This document shows, one piece after another, positions 1 through 11,498 of a stretch of DNA of 64,000 bases. The stretch's first letter is position 1. Each line of letters opens with the position of its first letter. The notes beneath the pieces are model-generated. The model had not been told where the DNA came from. It did not search any database and saw only the letters and a list, made by a program, of their open reading frames with translations. A program made the position numbers and the translations under genes. The DNA comes from Somniosus microcephalus (lineage: Eukaryota), in assembly GCA_052327205.1 (NCBI GenBank), contig CM126222.1, positions 55,924,001 to 55,988,000 on the forward strand, written 5' to 3'.

Positions 1-957
1 GGAGCCGTTTCTGTACTGTGGCAGGGGTGGAAACCTGATTGCAGGGATTCAAACATGGAATTGCGACAAAGATGGGCACGGATTTGGGAGGCGACAACAC
101 ATTCAAGGACTTTGGAGAGGGAAGGGAGGTTGGAGATGGGGCGATAGTTTGCAAGGACGGAGGGATCAAGGTTTGGGTTTTTGAGGAGAGGGGTGATGAT
201 GGCAGATTTGAGGGAGAGGGACAGTACCTGAGGAGAGAGAACTGTTAACAATATCAGCTAATATGGGAGCCAGAAAAGGAAGTTGGGTGGTCAGCAGTTT
301 GGTGGGAATAGGGTCGAGGGAGCAGGAGGTGGGTCTCATGGACAAGATGAGCGCAGAGAGGTCATGAGGGGAGATCGGAGAGAAACTGGAGAAAGATGTG
401 AGTTCAGGGCTAGGGCAGGGGGGAACCTTAGAGGAAGTTTGGCCCGGTGGGCTAGGGAAAGGAAGGGAAGTGGCAGAGGCAGCTGAACAGATGGTCTGCA
501 TCTTAGAGACAAAGAAGTCCATGAGCTCTTCACATTTGTTATCGGAGGTGAGGGTGGAGGAGACAGGGGGAAGAGGTTTAAGAAGATGGTTAGCAGTAGA
601 GAATAGGAGCTGGGGTTTATCTTTGCATTCCAGAATGATTCTGGAATAGTGAGCAATTTTGGCAGACGAGAGCAGGGCCCGATAGTGCTTTATGTGGTCC
701 AGCCAAATCTGGCGGTGAATCGCTAAACCAGTTGTCCGCCATATCCGTTCGAGTCTGCGTCCCTTGGACTTAAGGGAGCGAAGATGAGAGCCGTACCAGG
801 TGGAATGGCCAGGGTGAGGGAGGGTAATTGTTTTAGTAGTTACTAGGGCATCAAGGATAGTGGTGAGGGTGTGGTGGAGCAGATCGGTAGCTGCAGAAAT
901 GTTATGGTGAATGGAGGACCAGAGGCTGGACAATTGGGATTTCATAAGTGCAGTTGG
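1..957 (-). mobile_element. L2 LINE fragment (ORF2 linker and start of RT), runs off the window start
   Basis: ORF 166..1002 has L2-type motifs: TWYGSHLRSLKSKGRRLERIWR, LFSTANHLL, TSCSLDPIPTKLL, IVNSSLSSGTVP. Confidence 0.85.
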
Positions 958-2869
958 AAGAGTATATAACAAAGAAAAACACTGATTGAGGTTTCTTGAC
1001 ATATATTCAGTTCAGTGTGACATTTGCCAATAGGTTGCAATCACAGAAAGAATGACTTGCCCAAATGAAAAAATTACATGTTAATATTTCTCCTAAAACT
1101 TTTCGTTAAAGCCCACATAGGGAAAATATTGTTAAAAGAAGTAACAGAGAGTTAGAAAATGGGCTAATGCCCATAATTTCCCACATGGAAAATGGCCAAT
1201 CTCACTTGGGGTTGTTAGAGATAGGAGCCAAGCAAGAGGACTTCAACGCAGAGAGGGGTGGAACAAGCAGTGAGTCTCCCCTGGCAACTCTTACCCAACA
1301 ATGGGTGGCCCAGGTGCCAGTTGACTGCCTGTGTTCTAAGCCAAGGATTTGTCCAGTGACCTGAGAAGAAGAGGAACAATAACTTTTGAAATGAATGCAA
1401 GATTTATAATCTATGAAATAAAATAATTCAATCACAGAAAACTGCTGCTTCTATATGTTGAAATAATTTATAGCAGAAAAAGGTTTCTATTAGAAAAAAT
1501 AGTTGTCACTTTAAATAAACCTGCTATTTATCTTCGCACAAATACCCCAAATATTTGAGCTTCAATGAATCACTACCCATTGGCTGAATGAGCCGCTCTC
1601 TGTTAATGTGTGCCGTTTTCATTATTCCTTTCTCTCCATGTGTGACACTCCTTGGATAAAAATATGATGGCAGTTTTGCAAAGTAAATATAAAAGCAGTT
1701 AACTTGTTTCAAATAGTCTGAATTTATACTGTTAAATTAGTTCACAAAAAAGCTTTTAAAACTCCAGACATGTTCACATCTGACGGGTAGTAAAAGCCAC
1801 ACATTAGCTGAGAAAGGCTAAAATCTACCATTTTTCATGGGAAAAGATTTTTGTTGCCCTAAAAACATGGTGGACGGTCCAATTTGCATGCTTAGTACAG
1901 GATATATAGTTTTCTTCAGCCTTCCCTGTTGTCACCAATGTGATTGCACTCCGTGATATGTCAACATTTTGTCTTGGATTGAAACAATTTCCTTCATGCC
2001 TTAAATGCTAACTCTCCTATGGGGGGAGGTTTGTTTATTAACATCCTCAAAACTTTTGTTAGAAATGGTTTGAAATAGTATATCTAACTTTCATCCTTAG
2101 GGCATTTATAATATGAAACAAGGCTTCTTGGGGAAATTAAATTAAAACCATCGCAACCTATTTTCTCATCATAGGAACCAAGTGTAATGAATATCAGGAT
2201 AAATATATTTCCATTTTAACTCAAAAAATATGTAATTAATAATGAACAAAGTGCAGTGTGGATATCAGAGCCTTTATCACAGGAATGAGTTTTAGCACAA
2301 AGCAAAACTGTATTAAACAAATATCAAAATGTTTCAAAATTGCGATGTATTAATGAGAGTAATGTATGTACACCTGAGGGTCGATTTTATGAATGAACGC
2401 TGCACGCTGAGACTGTATCTAGTGCCCGAGCAGAGCCACAGCATAATGTGCAGCACATTTAGAGTCTTTCTCCCGAATCCCCCTTCCCCCTCCAATTGTG
2501 CTTCCTATTCAGCTCACTAACTCCAGCTTTAGCCTCAAATAAAATTCTTCCTTTTCAATTTGACTGTGCAGCTGTAGAATGCTAAGTGAGTTCATCAATA
2601 ATGACCTTGTAACAAGGCCGGAACCATCAAAGTAACAGTCTTCATACTCACTCTTCAGTAAGCTTATCATTCCATTTTCAGAAGGGCAGGAATCCAATAT
2701 TTATTCATTACTACCTTTTGCACTGAAATTACTGGACATAGGAAAATATAACCCGTAGTGGTGAGTATTCATTGAATCCCTGAGAATGAAGAGGTTGGTT
2801 AAAAAGGTGTCCAGGAAATTTAGTTGTGATTATTCATCCAATTATGCATCTGACCCTTGGCAGTTTCAT

Positions 2870-3860
2870 TGTAAGTATGTGTTTGAGTTCTGGCTATCTC
2901 TTCCCTCCCCAAACTATCACCTCTAGGTTTCCCCAGAGCTCCATCCTTGGCTCCTTCCTCCTCATGTGCATGCTATGCCTCCATGATATCATTCACTGGC
3001 ATCAAGTCAGCTTTCACATGATACACTAATGATACTGAGCGCTACCTCTCCACCACTTCCCATGACCTCTTGATTCCCTCTGTGCAGTCAGACTGCTTGT
3101 CCAACATCAAGTCCTGGATGAGCCACAACTTCATCCAGTTCAACATCAGGGAAGACGGAAGCCTTGTCACAAACTCTGCTTCCTTGCCATTGACTCCACC
3201 CTCTTCCCCATCACTCTCTCAGTCTAAAACACACTTTTCACAATCTTGGCATTCAATCCTGAACTGAGCTTTAAAGCTCACATTCTATCTATCTCAAGAC
3301 TGCTTAATTACACCTCTGCAATAGTGCCCAGATCCACCCCTATCTCTATCCCTCTACCACTGAAACCCTTAAACATGCCTTTGTCACCTCCAAAGTCAAC
3401 TACTCTAATGCTTTCCTTGCTGCCTCTCATCATCCACCCTCTAATGTCCAAAAATCAGCTGCATTAAGTCTTGCTCATCCAGCTGTCCTCGCTGACCTAC
3501 ACTGGCTGCTTGTCGTCCAAAGCATTTACTTCAAAATGCCTGTCCTTGATTATAAACCCATCTCCAATATCCTTCAACTCTTTGTGCCCTTCTGAACACT
3601 GCATTCATCTGACTCCGGCCTTCTGTGCATCTTCCCTTTCCTTTGACCCACCATTGGTGACAGAGTTTTCGTCCTATGCATTGGAACTTCCTCCCTAAAC
3701 CTTTCCATTTCTACATCTCTCTTTAAAAACCTACTCAATATTCATCTGTTCAACTTAGCCTTTGGCCGTTCCTCCGAAGCTCTTCCTTCCTGGTTCAGTG
3801 CCCATTGTTGTTATGCCTTTTTTGTGAAGCATTTTTTACATTAAAAGTATTATATTAGCC
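2870..3860 (+). mobile_element. Decayed L2 LINE 3' part
   Basis: Frameshifted RT motifs PQSSILGSFL, DCLSNIKSWMSHNFIQFN, and an L2-like 3' tail. Confidence 0.75.
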
Positions 3861-5049
3861 CCAAATTATTGTTGTTCCATATGCATCCAATTCTTGATAG
3901 TCTCATGATATGTGTCTGATCTATCATAGTCTTGGAGTGAAGATACATTGAACCTATGCCAGTCTACTGAGTTAGTTATGTCTGTTCCCAGATGGTCTGG
4001 TGGTAAGTATGCATACAGTCCCAGGCAATGTAGTAGTAAGTGTGCACCCGGTCTTTGGCAGTTTGGTTAGCAGGAATGTATCTGTGTTCTCTTTGAAGTC
4101 TAAGGAACCCTGTACACTGACCTGGCCAGCTTCAGTAGACAGCTTCAATGAAGGCTTAAATATTGGAATTTCTAGTACTAAAACCTAAGCAACACATCAC
4201 TAGTCTTTCTAAGTTTATGTAATTTTCTTATGCAGACCAATCATTTTTAAACCTACCCGACTAGACTAATAGTCTTGTCCAAATGTTCATGATGGTATAA
4301 CTTTTGCTTACCTTTTAATATCAAAATTATCTACCAGCGTGAGATTTTTTCTCTATTTTAATGAAGATCTTTTCTATTACTTTTCACTTAACAAGTAAAC
4401 TAAATGCTTAGAAACCTTGAAATTAATATTATACCTTTTTCTCTAAAATTAATATTGTTATTTTATTCCTTTATCTAACTCAGTATTTAAAACCAAAACG
4501 AATAATTCAAGTAAACTCTCAAATTCAATTTTGAACATGTTTACATATCAGTAATTCAGTTCTGCTCAATTTAGAATAACATTTGATGACATGAGAAGAT
4601 CCTATCAGGATTTTGAGACATGCCTGAACTAACATTCTCAAGTATCCTCCTGCTCAGAAAGACCATACATAAAGACCTAATGCCAGCTGTTTCTGGAATA
4701 ATCCAAACATGGAAGGGAGGAACCTTTCAAGTGTAAACCTAAATAGGATTTATAATGCTTTTAAAAAGTTCATACAGTGAAACATTAGTTATCCCCTTGA
4801 GATTCAGTGAAACATTACCAAAACATTACAATATACACTAACCACATAATACAGTATACGCTTCTTAATGAGATCGCCCTTGGGAACACTTGTTTTGATG
4901 TACTAACCAAGTTATGCTTTCATTAACTGAAATAATAATTTTGTTCCCCAAACATTTTGTATTGCTGTTACAATAGACTTCTGCTTTTTCAATTTACAGT
5001 TAGTTTTAAAGTCTCAGCAAGTTAAATGTATGGTATAAAGAGTAGAGGA

Positions 5050-5190
5050 AAAATGAAAAAGCTGCAAATGGAAATCTGAAGTAAGGACACAGTGGGCCCA
5101 TTAACATCTGAAAAGAGAAAAGGCAGGTTAATAGTTTAGATGTAGATGCTTCATCAGAACTGAAACATTGACCTGCCTTTTCTTTTTTCT
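5050..5190. mobile_element. Penelope-derived inverted-repeat element with decayed hammerhead motif
   Basis: GAAAAGGCAGGTTAAT ... ATTGACCTGCCTTTTC inverted repeat; the minus strand reads GTTCTGATGAAG (TCATCAG at 5151-5157). Confidence 0.55.
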
Positions 5191-5519
5191 TAGTTTAAGT
5201 ATTCCTTTTGAGAACCACATTTCACTATAAAACCTGAGTAACACGTTTTGATTTAACTTATTGTGTATTTGGTGTAAATTATCAAATAGCTGATGACACT
5301 AACCAAGTTGGAACCGAGCATACTAAATATATGTTTTATACGATAAAATAGTTTTATACAATAAATTATTTTTAAAAATAATCTTACTAATTGGATGATT
5401 CAATTAACCAGTGTTGATACAGAGAGGTTTATACTGTATGTAGGAAAAAATACAATCCTTTAGAATACCTTTGAAATTAACAAAGTTAACTTGCGACATT
5501 GATGTGCTGCTTAGTAAGT

Positions 5520-5720
5520 CTAGTTGTTCCAGTGGAGATATTAGACATTGGGTTTAAATGTCACATAATTGCACCAAAAGAAAGGCATTGATTGTTTTAC
5601 TTTGTGAAGAGCACCTTATCAAGTTGCTAACTGTCGCCACTCCTGTTTGTTCTGGTAATCGATCCTCTGGCTGAGGTCATCCTCAAGGATATAGGTATCT
5701 TTGGCCTAAGCTTTGTGTGG
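5520..5720 (+). mobile_element. L1/Tx1-type reverse transcriptase relic
   Basis: Translates to SC*LSPLLFVLVIDPLAEVILKDIGIFG, matching the L1-clade QGCPLSPLLFxLxIEPLA motif. Confidence 0.65.
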
Positions 5721-6429
5721 CAGAGAGAGGACATGGCCATGAAGTAGCACTGTGCTGTTGTTGTGTCCAACACATCCTAAAATACCAATATATGCTCTAT
5801 GCAGCAGTCATGAGCTGTGAGTTGTGATACTTTTGAAAAGTGCATAATGGAGCCTTTAAATATAACCCCATGAAACATACTTTATTAAAAGATAAACAAA
5901 ATTGCTATAGAGAAGTGAAGGATTCAAATAATAAGCATTAATGTCACTCCTGTCCTGTACTACTTATACAAAACTGACATGAATCTTGTCATTCATGTGG
6001 AAATCACTTATGAAATAATACTGGGCGGCCTGCTGGCGGCATTGTCCAGGGAGAGTATAAATACTCGGGCATGGGCCCAGCTTGCTCAGGACATTCTTTA
6101 ACAGGAACTAGTGAAGGACACAACTAGATCTCCATGTTGTAAAACAGTTGATTAAAGCTTTGTTTAACGCTTAGACCAAGTGCCTAGTAGTTTTCTTATG
6201 TCAAAAACTATCTTCCATTAGTTTATTCAATAGGAAGGCCTGCTTTCCAGCTCACATCATGTTAAAATCACTTGTTGTAAAGGTAGCAATAAGGAGCGAG
6301 AGCCGGCAGAAGTCCAGCATTTAGCGCAGTAAGGGAGACTGCTAGGAGAAACTCAACTGTTTCCATCCACACCACAGTATAGGTTCATTTGTAAGTTTCA
6401 CTTTGTTAGACAGGTTGGAGATGGTGGAT

Positions 6430-6730
6430 CAGCAGCAGAATAGAGCCAGGGAGATTTAAAGACAAAGGAGGAGGGCCACTACTGCTATCTGGCAGCATGC
6501 TTACCGTAAGTGACAGTGTTGCTTCACCCTCAGTGTTAAGCAATGTGTGGGAAACCATCTGACCATGAAAGACGTTGATGAATTGTGTCATCTCCTGGAA
6601 CCAGACACGATCGGCTCGTTAACAGTCTGCACAGTAGAGTACCCTTACCACAACAACTTGATAGCAACTGTAACAACATCAGTTTCCATTTGGTTTACAA
6701 TGAGTCAAGAATCTGTTGCATCCATTTGTT
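6430..6730 (+). mobile_element. PIF/Harbinger (HARBI1-like) transposase N-terminal relic
   Basis: RQRRR...TLSVKQCVGNHLTMKDVDELCHLLEPD resembles the Harbinger LSEEQCxRRLRFTKExVTELCHLLQPDL motif. Confidence 0.55.
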
Positions 6731-8145
6731 CTCCTAAAGTATTCTCCATTTCATTGAGGTCAGAATTGCAAAATGACTCAATGCTGGGATTTCACTCAGC
6801 TACAGCCAGCCCTTCTTTCGCTCCCACCCAAGACCAAGGCCCTTCCTCACCCAGGACAAAATAGCTCAGCCTGCACTTGTCCCTTTAACGCTCGTGGAAT
6901 GTGTGTGTCTTTAGGTTGATGCCAACTTCAAGTTGTGATGACACTGAGTGTTGTGGCAAAGCTTATTGTCAAGAGGGCCTGACTTTCAGTCCTGGCAAGT
7001 TGTGCAATTCAGTGACAAGAACAAAGTGGCACATGGTGCACGTCGATAGTTAGGCATGTTGTTGCTGTGTAGAAAAAACGTGGCAGAGTTCACAACATAT
7101 TAATTCATTGCTTCATGCGAGCAGGAACATAATTACATAGATAAGGTGTGCAATTTTAATTATATAAGCCAGAAGTGTGTTTCTGTCCTCCAGCCTCCGA
7201 GTCACCCACACATTGTACTTACTCCCAGGTGATTGCCTCCATTATCACTTTGAAGGTGGTGAGAGTTTGACCTGCTGAGTCCCACTGCCTATCCACACTC
7301 TGTACCTTCTGTTCTGTTCCAGTTTGTTTGTAAGGTGAAGAAACATATGCAGTGCTGTATATTTTGGACTGCAGCATAGTATTAGGTCTTTTACATAAGC
7401 TTGCTTGATTATAAAGCACCTTGCCTATGTGTGCGTGTTTGCGAGCTGAAATAGTGCCTTGAAAATGGGGCTGTGTGTTTTCAGTTTTTAACTGATTTTT
7501 CTGGGAAATGCGTGCATTTTTTCACTTCTCCCTGATTTTCCAGCCTTTTTGGTGCTCCACATTCCTCTGATAAAAACTTGATTTTTCCAATTATTTTACA
7601 TGAAGCCTATATTGTTTCTGGCTTCCAAAAAAAACACGCTTTCTGTTCTTGCCCAACATTTCAATTGTTAAGGAGTCCGACTATAACACTTTTGTCCTTT
7701 ACACACAAATACACATAATACAGGGAGAATGAACAGTAATGATATGTGCAGCATGTGTTTTATCTGTGTACGGGTAACCTTTAACCAATTTTAAAGACAA
7801 TTTTGACTTTGTATTTTTTTCCGGATTTTTATCCATTTTCAAAAGGCTGCAGGTTACATGTGTCAGTCAAGTCTGCCAAATACCTGAATTAATCCAAGAT
7901 AAATTGTCAGGATTTTTTTTTCAAAAATCACAATAAAAAATGTAGAGCTCTAGTTGTAATTGTCAACGGTACGAGTTAATAATTGTAATCATTGTTCAAT
8001 TGTTCTCAGCTGCACCTTTCTAGGTGACTATTTCTTGACCTACTGTAGTTCTCAATCATCGTCATTACTTCCCTTATGTTGCAATTGCAGCAAGTTAGTG
8101 GATGGATCTGTGTTAAATTCACTCAGTGAAATTATCTGACACCTG

Positions 8146-8564
8146 TGTTAGGTTCAGGATACTCACTATCCTCCTCTTATAATACAGACACACGGATTCA
8201 AGAGATAGAGAGGTGCCTGATTAATAAACACACTAATACAACCTATTCCATGCAGTGCTCATGAGATTGGGACCAAAATAACTCACGAACAGTGAACTCA
8301 TCGGGGGTTCACGCGCTGCCTTCTCTCACCGCTCATGCTAGCCCTATGCAAGACTATGGAGATCCTAAAGTGCAATACCTTTATATGGTTCATTACATAA
8401 GATGAGCGTGAGGTTAATATGTAAGTACATTTCTACTAAGTGCAGATAATGTGTGAGTATGCATGGCTCATCCATCATTGTGTCAGCAGATACATGGACC
8501 ACCTCCCTATCCCGCGCATACTTATTACTACTATCTGTTTATTGTTCTCCGGACATTCCCCACA
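8146..8564. mobile_element. Possible solo LTR
   Basis: TG...CA termini (TGTTAGG ... CCCCACA) with near-matching 4-bp flanks CCTG/CATG; no internal ORF. Confidence 0.3.
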
Positions 8565-8929
8565 CATGCGTGACTGTGCCTGTCCTTGATAGCCTTCACT
8601 TCCTTATCTCCTTTAGATATTTATTACAGAGAATTTTATTCTCCTTTCACACTCCCCTCCCGATTTCCAGATGGCCTGGCACTAGTCCAAAAAATAACAT
8701 TCCATTCTCACACCATCCCACACCTAACTGCTATGCCCTGTATCTCTCTCTTTCTGGAGACTGATTTAATCCCATTTAACCCTTACTACCACTATAACCT
8801 AACCATCTACACAATGCTAGCTATTCTACCTTGCTTATTAACTTTTACAATCTGTAATTTACTCTGACTCACATAATGTTTCCTACATAAAATGGCTGCC
8901 TATGTTAGTTGATGGTCATCATGTGAACA

Positions 8930-9140
8930 TTTTGTTGGCATTTTTCGTTGAATCAGACACCTTCCTGCAGATATGTCTCCAGCTACACAATCCCACACTG
9001 ATTCCCAAGGCCTTGTGCAGCTAATTTATGTGGATATTAGTATGCTGCCCTTCCACATCTCTCTTCAGCAACAATCACCAGCATATCGTTGTCACTGAAT
9101 CTGATTTTGTGCCAAGTGCATTTTCCCTTTATGTTGCTCA
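8930..9140 (-). mobile_element. Decayed Myb/SANT (Harbinger ORF2-like) fragment
   Basis: Minus frame RFSDNDMLVIVAEE ... VAGDISA, similar to the Myb_DNA-bind_5 pattern; convergent with the transposase relic at 6.5 kb. Confidence 0.35.
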
Positions 9141-9321
9141 GAAATTGTGTTCCACAGCTGGATTGGCTCACGGTGCACTATTTATAATGTTTGAGTAGCT
9201 GTTTAGCTAGTTAAGCAACATTCTGTCAGGTGCTTTCAGATTGGTCACTCAGTTGTGTTAGGTAACACCCTGATGCACGCCAAGCTTTCAGAAAAAGTAA
9301 CATTGAGCATTTCGGCATGTG

Positions 9322-9988
9322 AACATAGAGACATAGAAAAATGGGAGCAGGAGTAGGCCATTCGGCCCTTTGTGCCTGCTCCGCATTTCAGTACGACCAT
9401 GGCTGATCCTCTATCTCAATACCATATTCCCGCTCTCTCCCCATACCCCTTGATGCCTTTTGTGTCTAGAAATCTATCTAGCTCCTTCTTAAATATATTC
9501 AGTGACTTGGCCTCCACAGCCTTCTGTGGTAGAAAATTCCACAGGTTCACCACCCTCTGAGTGAAGAAATTTCTCCTCATCTCAGTCCTAAATGTCCTAC
9601 CCCATACCCTGAGACTGTGACCCCTCGTTCTAGATCCCCCAGCCAGGGGAAACATCCTCCCTGCATCCAGTCTGTCTAGCCCTGTCAGAATTTTATACGT
9701 TTCAATGAGATCCCCTCGCATTCTTCTAAACTCTAGTGAATACAGGCCTAGTCAACCCAATCTCTCCCCATACGACAGTCCTGCCATCCCAGGAATCAGT
9801 CTGGTGAACCTTCGCTGCACTCCCTCTATGGCAAGTATATCCTTTCTTAGGTAAGGAGACCAAAACTGCACACAGTACTCCAGGTGTGGTCTCACCAAGG
9901 CCCTGTACAACTGTAGTAAGACATCCTTGCTCCTGTACTCAAATCCTCTTGCAATGAAGACCAACATACTATTTGCCTTCCTAACTGT
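9322..9988 (-). mobile_element. CR1 LINE host copy, 3' segment
   Basis: ORFs 9752..9967 and 9416..9721 ([28 protein letters not shown]), 3' stem-loop and (TTTCTATG)-type tail. Confidence 0.9.
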
Positions 9989-10126
9989 GTATTGAGTGCT
10001 GCTAGAGTTTGGTAAGAGGGAGAAAAGTCATTTAAGTGTATTTTGTGAATTTTAGTGTGTTAAAAAGTTAATTATTTGAAGTGAGTTTAATTTTTAAGTG
10101 TATATTAAACTGTTGGGGAGTTTAAA

Positions 10127-10160
10127 CCGGAAGTAGAATCTGGGTATAAAAGGGGCGGGA
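10127..10160 (+). promoter_or_regulatory. Candidate internal Pol II promoter of the CR1 (ETS site, TATA box, GC box)
   Basis: CCGGAAGT 10127-10134, TATAAAA 10145-10151, GGGGCGGGA 10152-10160. Confidence 0.5.
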
Positions 10161-10503
10161 CTAGTGCTTGTGCATGGAGTGCTGTGCATTGAGTGCTACT
10201 AGAGTTTGCTAAGAGGGAGAGTTCGGGCAAGTGGGAGGTGAGGGTGTGTTTTTTGTTCTGCTTTGTTCCCCACTCCCAGGCTTAGACAGCACTGCGGAAG
10301 CGGAGCAGCGAGACGAGTCAACCAAACAGGCCCACAGACAGTATTCAAGGAGGAGGTTGGTGATCAGCAGGGTTGGTTTTCTTCCTTCTCTTTTATTCCT
10401 TTAAGTTGGTAAGTCCTATTGAATAGTGGTGTAATAGTATCATCTATATCGGGGCAGAGGGTCTTCATAACTAATAATAATAAATTTAATTAATTACATA
10501 GAT

Positions 10504-11460
10504 ATGGGTGAACAGGTGATGTGTCACTGTTGCGAAATGTGGGAGCTGGTGGACCCCATTGAGGCTCACGGTGATTACATTTGCGATAAGTGTTTGCTGC
10601 TAGAGGAACTCAAGCTCCATGTTAAAGAGCTTGAGACTGAGCTTCAGACACTGCGACACATCAGGGAGGGAGAGAAGTTCCTGGACTCTATGTTTCAGGA
10701 GATGGTCACACCTATGAAATTAATTAATGCAGATGTAATCCGTGGTCAGGGACAGGATGGTGTGACTACGAGTGAGGCAGGTACAGGGATCCAGGAGGCA
10801 GTGTTGATGGAGCCGCAGCCCTTGCTCTTGTCAAGCAGGATCGAGGTTCTTACTCCCTGTGAGGGCGGGAGCGGGGACTGCAGGGAGGATGAGCAACCTG
10901 GCCACAGCACCGTGGTACAGGGGGCCATTCAAGTGGAGGGAGTAAAAAGAAATGTTGTAGTGGTAGGGGATAGTATCATTAGGGGGATAGATAGGGTTCT
11001 CTGCAGTCAAGAGCGGGAGTCCCGAAGGCTGTGTTGCCTGCCCGGTGCCAGGGTTAAGGACATCTCTTCTGGGCTGGAAAGAAACTTGGAGTGGGAGGGG
11101 GAGGATCCAGTTGTCATGGTCCATGTTGGTACAAACGACGTAGATAGGACAAGGAAGACGGTTCTGTTAAAGGAGTATGAGCAGCTAGGGGTCAAATTAA
11201 AAAACAGAACCTCAAGGGTAATAATCTCTGGGTTATTACCTGAGCCACGAGCGAATTTGGCTAGGATAAATAAAATAAAAGAGTTAAATGCGTGGCTCAT
11301 AGACTGGTGTGGGAGAAATGGGTTTTGCTTCTTGGGACACTGGCACCAGTACTGGGACAGGAGGGAGCTGTTCCATTGGGATGGACTCCACTTGGCCAGT
11401 GCTGGGACAAGAGTCCTGGCGAATCATATAACTAGGGCTGTAGAGAGGGCTTTAAACTAA
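10504..11460 (+). CDS. CR1 ORF1p: zinc finger/leucine zipper plus SGNH esterase
   Basis: CHCC...CDKC, heptad leucines, and SGNH blocks VVGDSII, PGAR, HVGTND, DGLH; open for 318 aa. Confidence 0.9.
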   Translation: MGEQVMCHCCEMWELVDPIEAHGDYICDKCLLLEELKLHVKELETELQTLRHIREGEKFLDSMFQEMVTPMKLINADVIRGQGQDGVTTSEAGTGIQEAVLMEPQPLLLSSRIEVLTPCEGGSGDCREDEQPGHSTVVQGAIQVEGVKRNVVVVGDSIIRGIDRVLCSQERESRRLCCLPGARVKDISSGLERNLEWEGEDPVVMVHVGTNDVDRTRKTVLLKEYEQLGVKLKNRTSRVIISGLLPEPRANLARINKIKELNAWLIDWCGRNGFCFLGHWHQYWDRRELFHWDGLHLASAGTRVLANHITRAVERALN

Positions 11461-11498
11461 TTAGTGGGGGGGAGGTTTCTAGAGAGCAAATAATAGAA

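Noticed and set aside
2509-2697. ORF LLKSEYEDCYFDGSGLV...LRLKLEL
   Set aside because: Only a faint resemblance to the Gypsy pol linker; too weak to call
1200-7300. Apparent minus-strand multi-exon gene from AG/GT-bounded segments near 1206-1361, 4120-4185, 4670-4740, 5615-5777 and 6505-6594
   Set aside because: Phases do not chain without stops, and several segments are better explained as TE relics (L1 RT at 5.6 kb, Harbinger at 6.5 kb, possible RT at 1.3 kb); no recognisable protein
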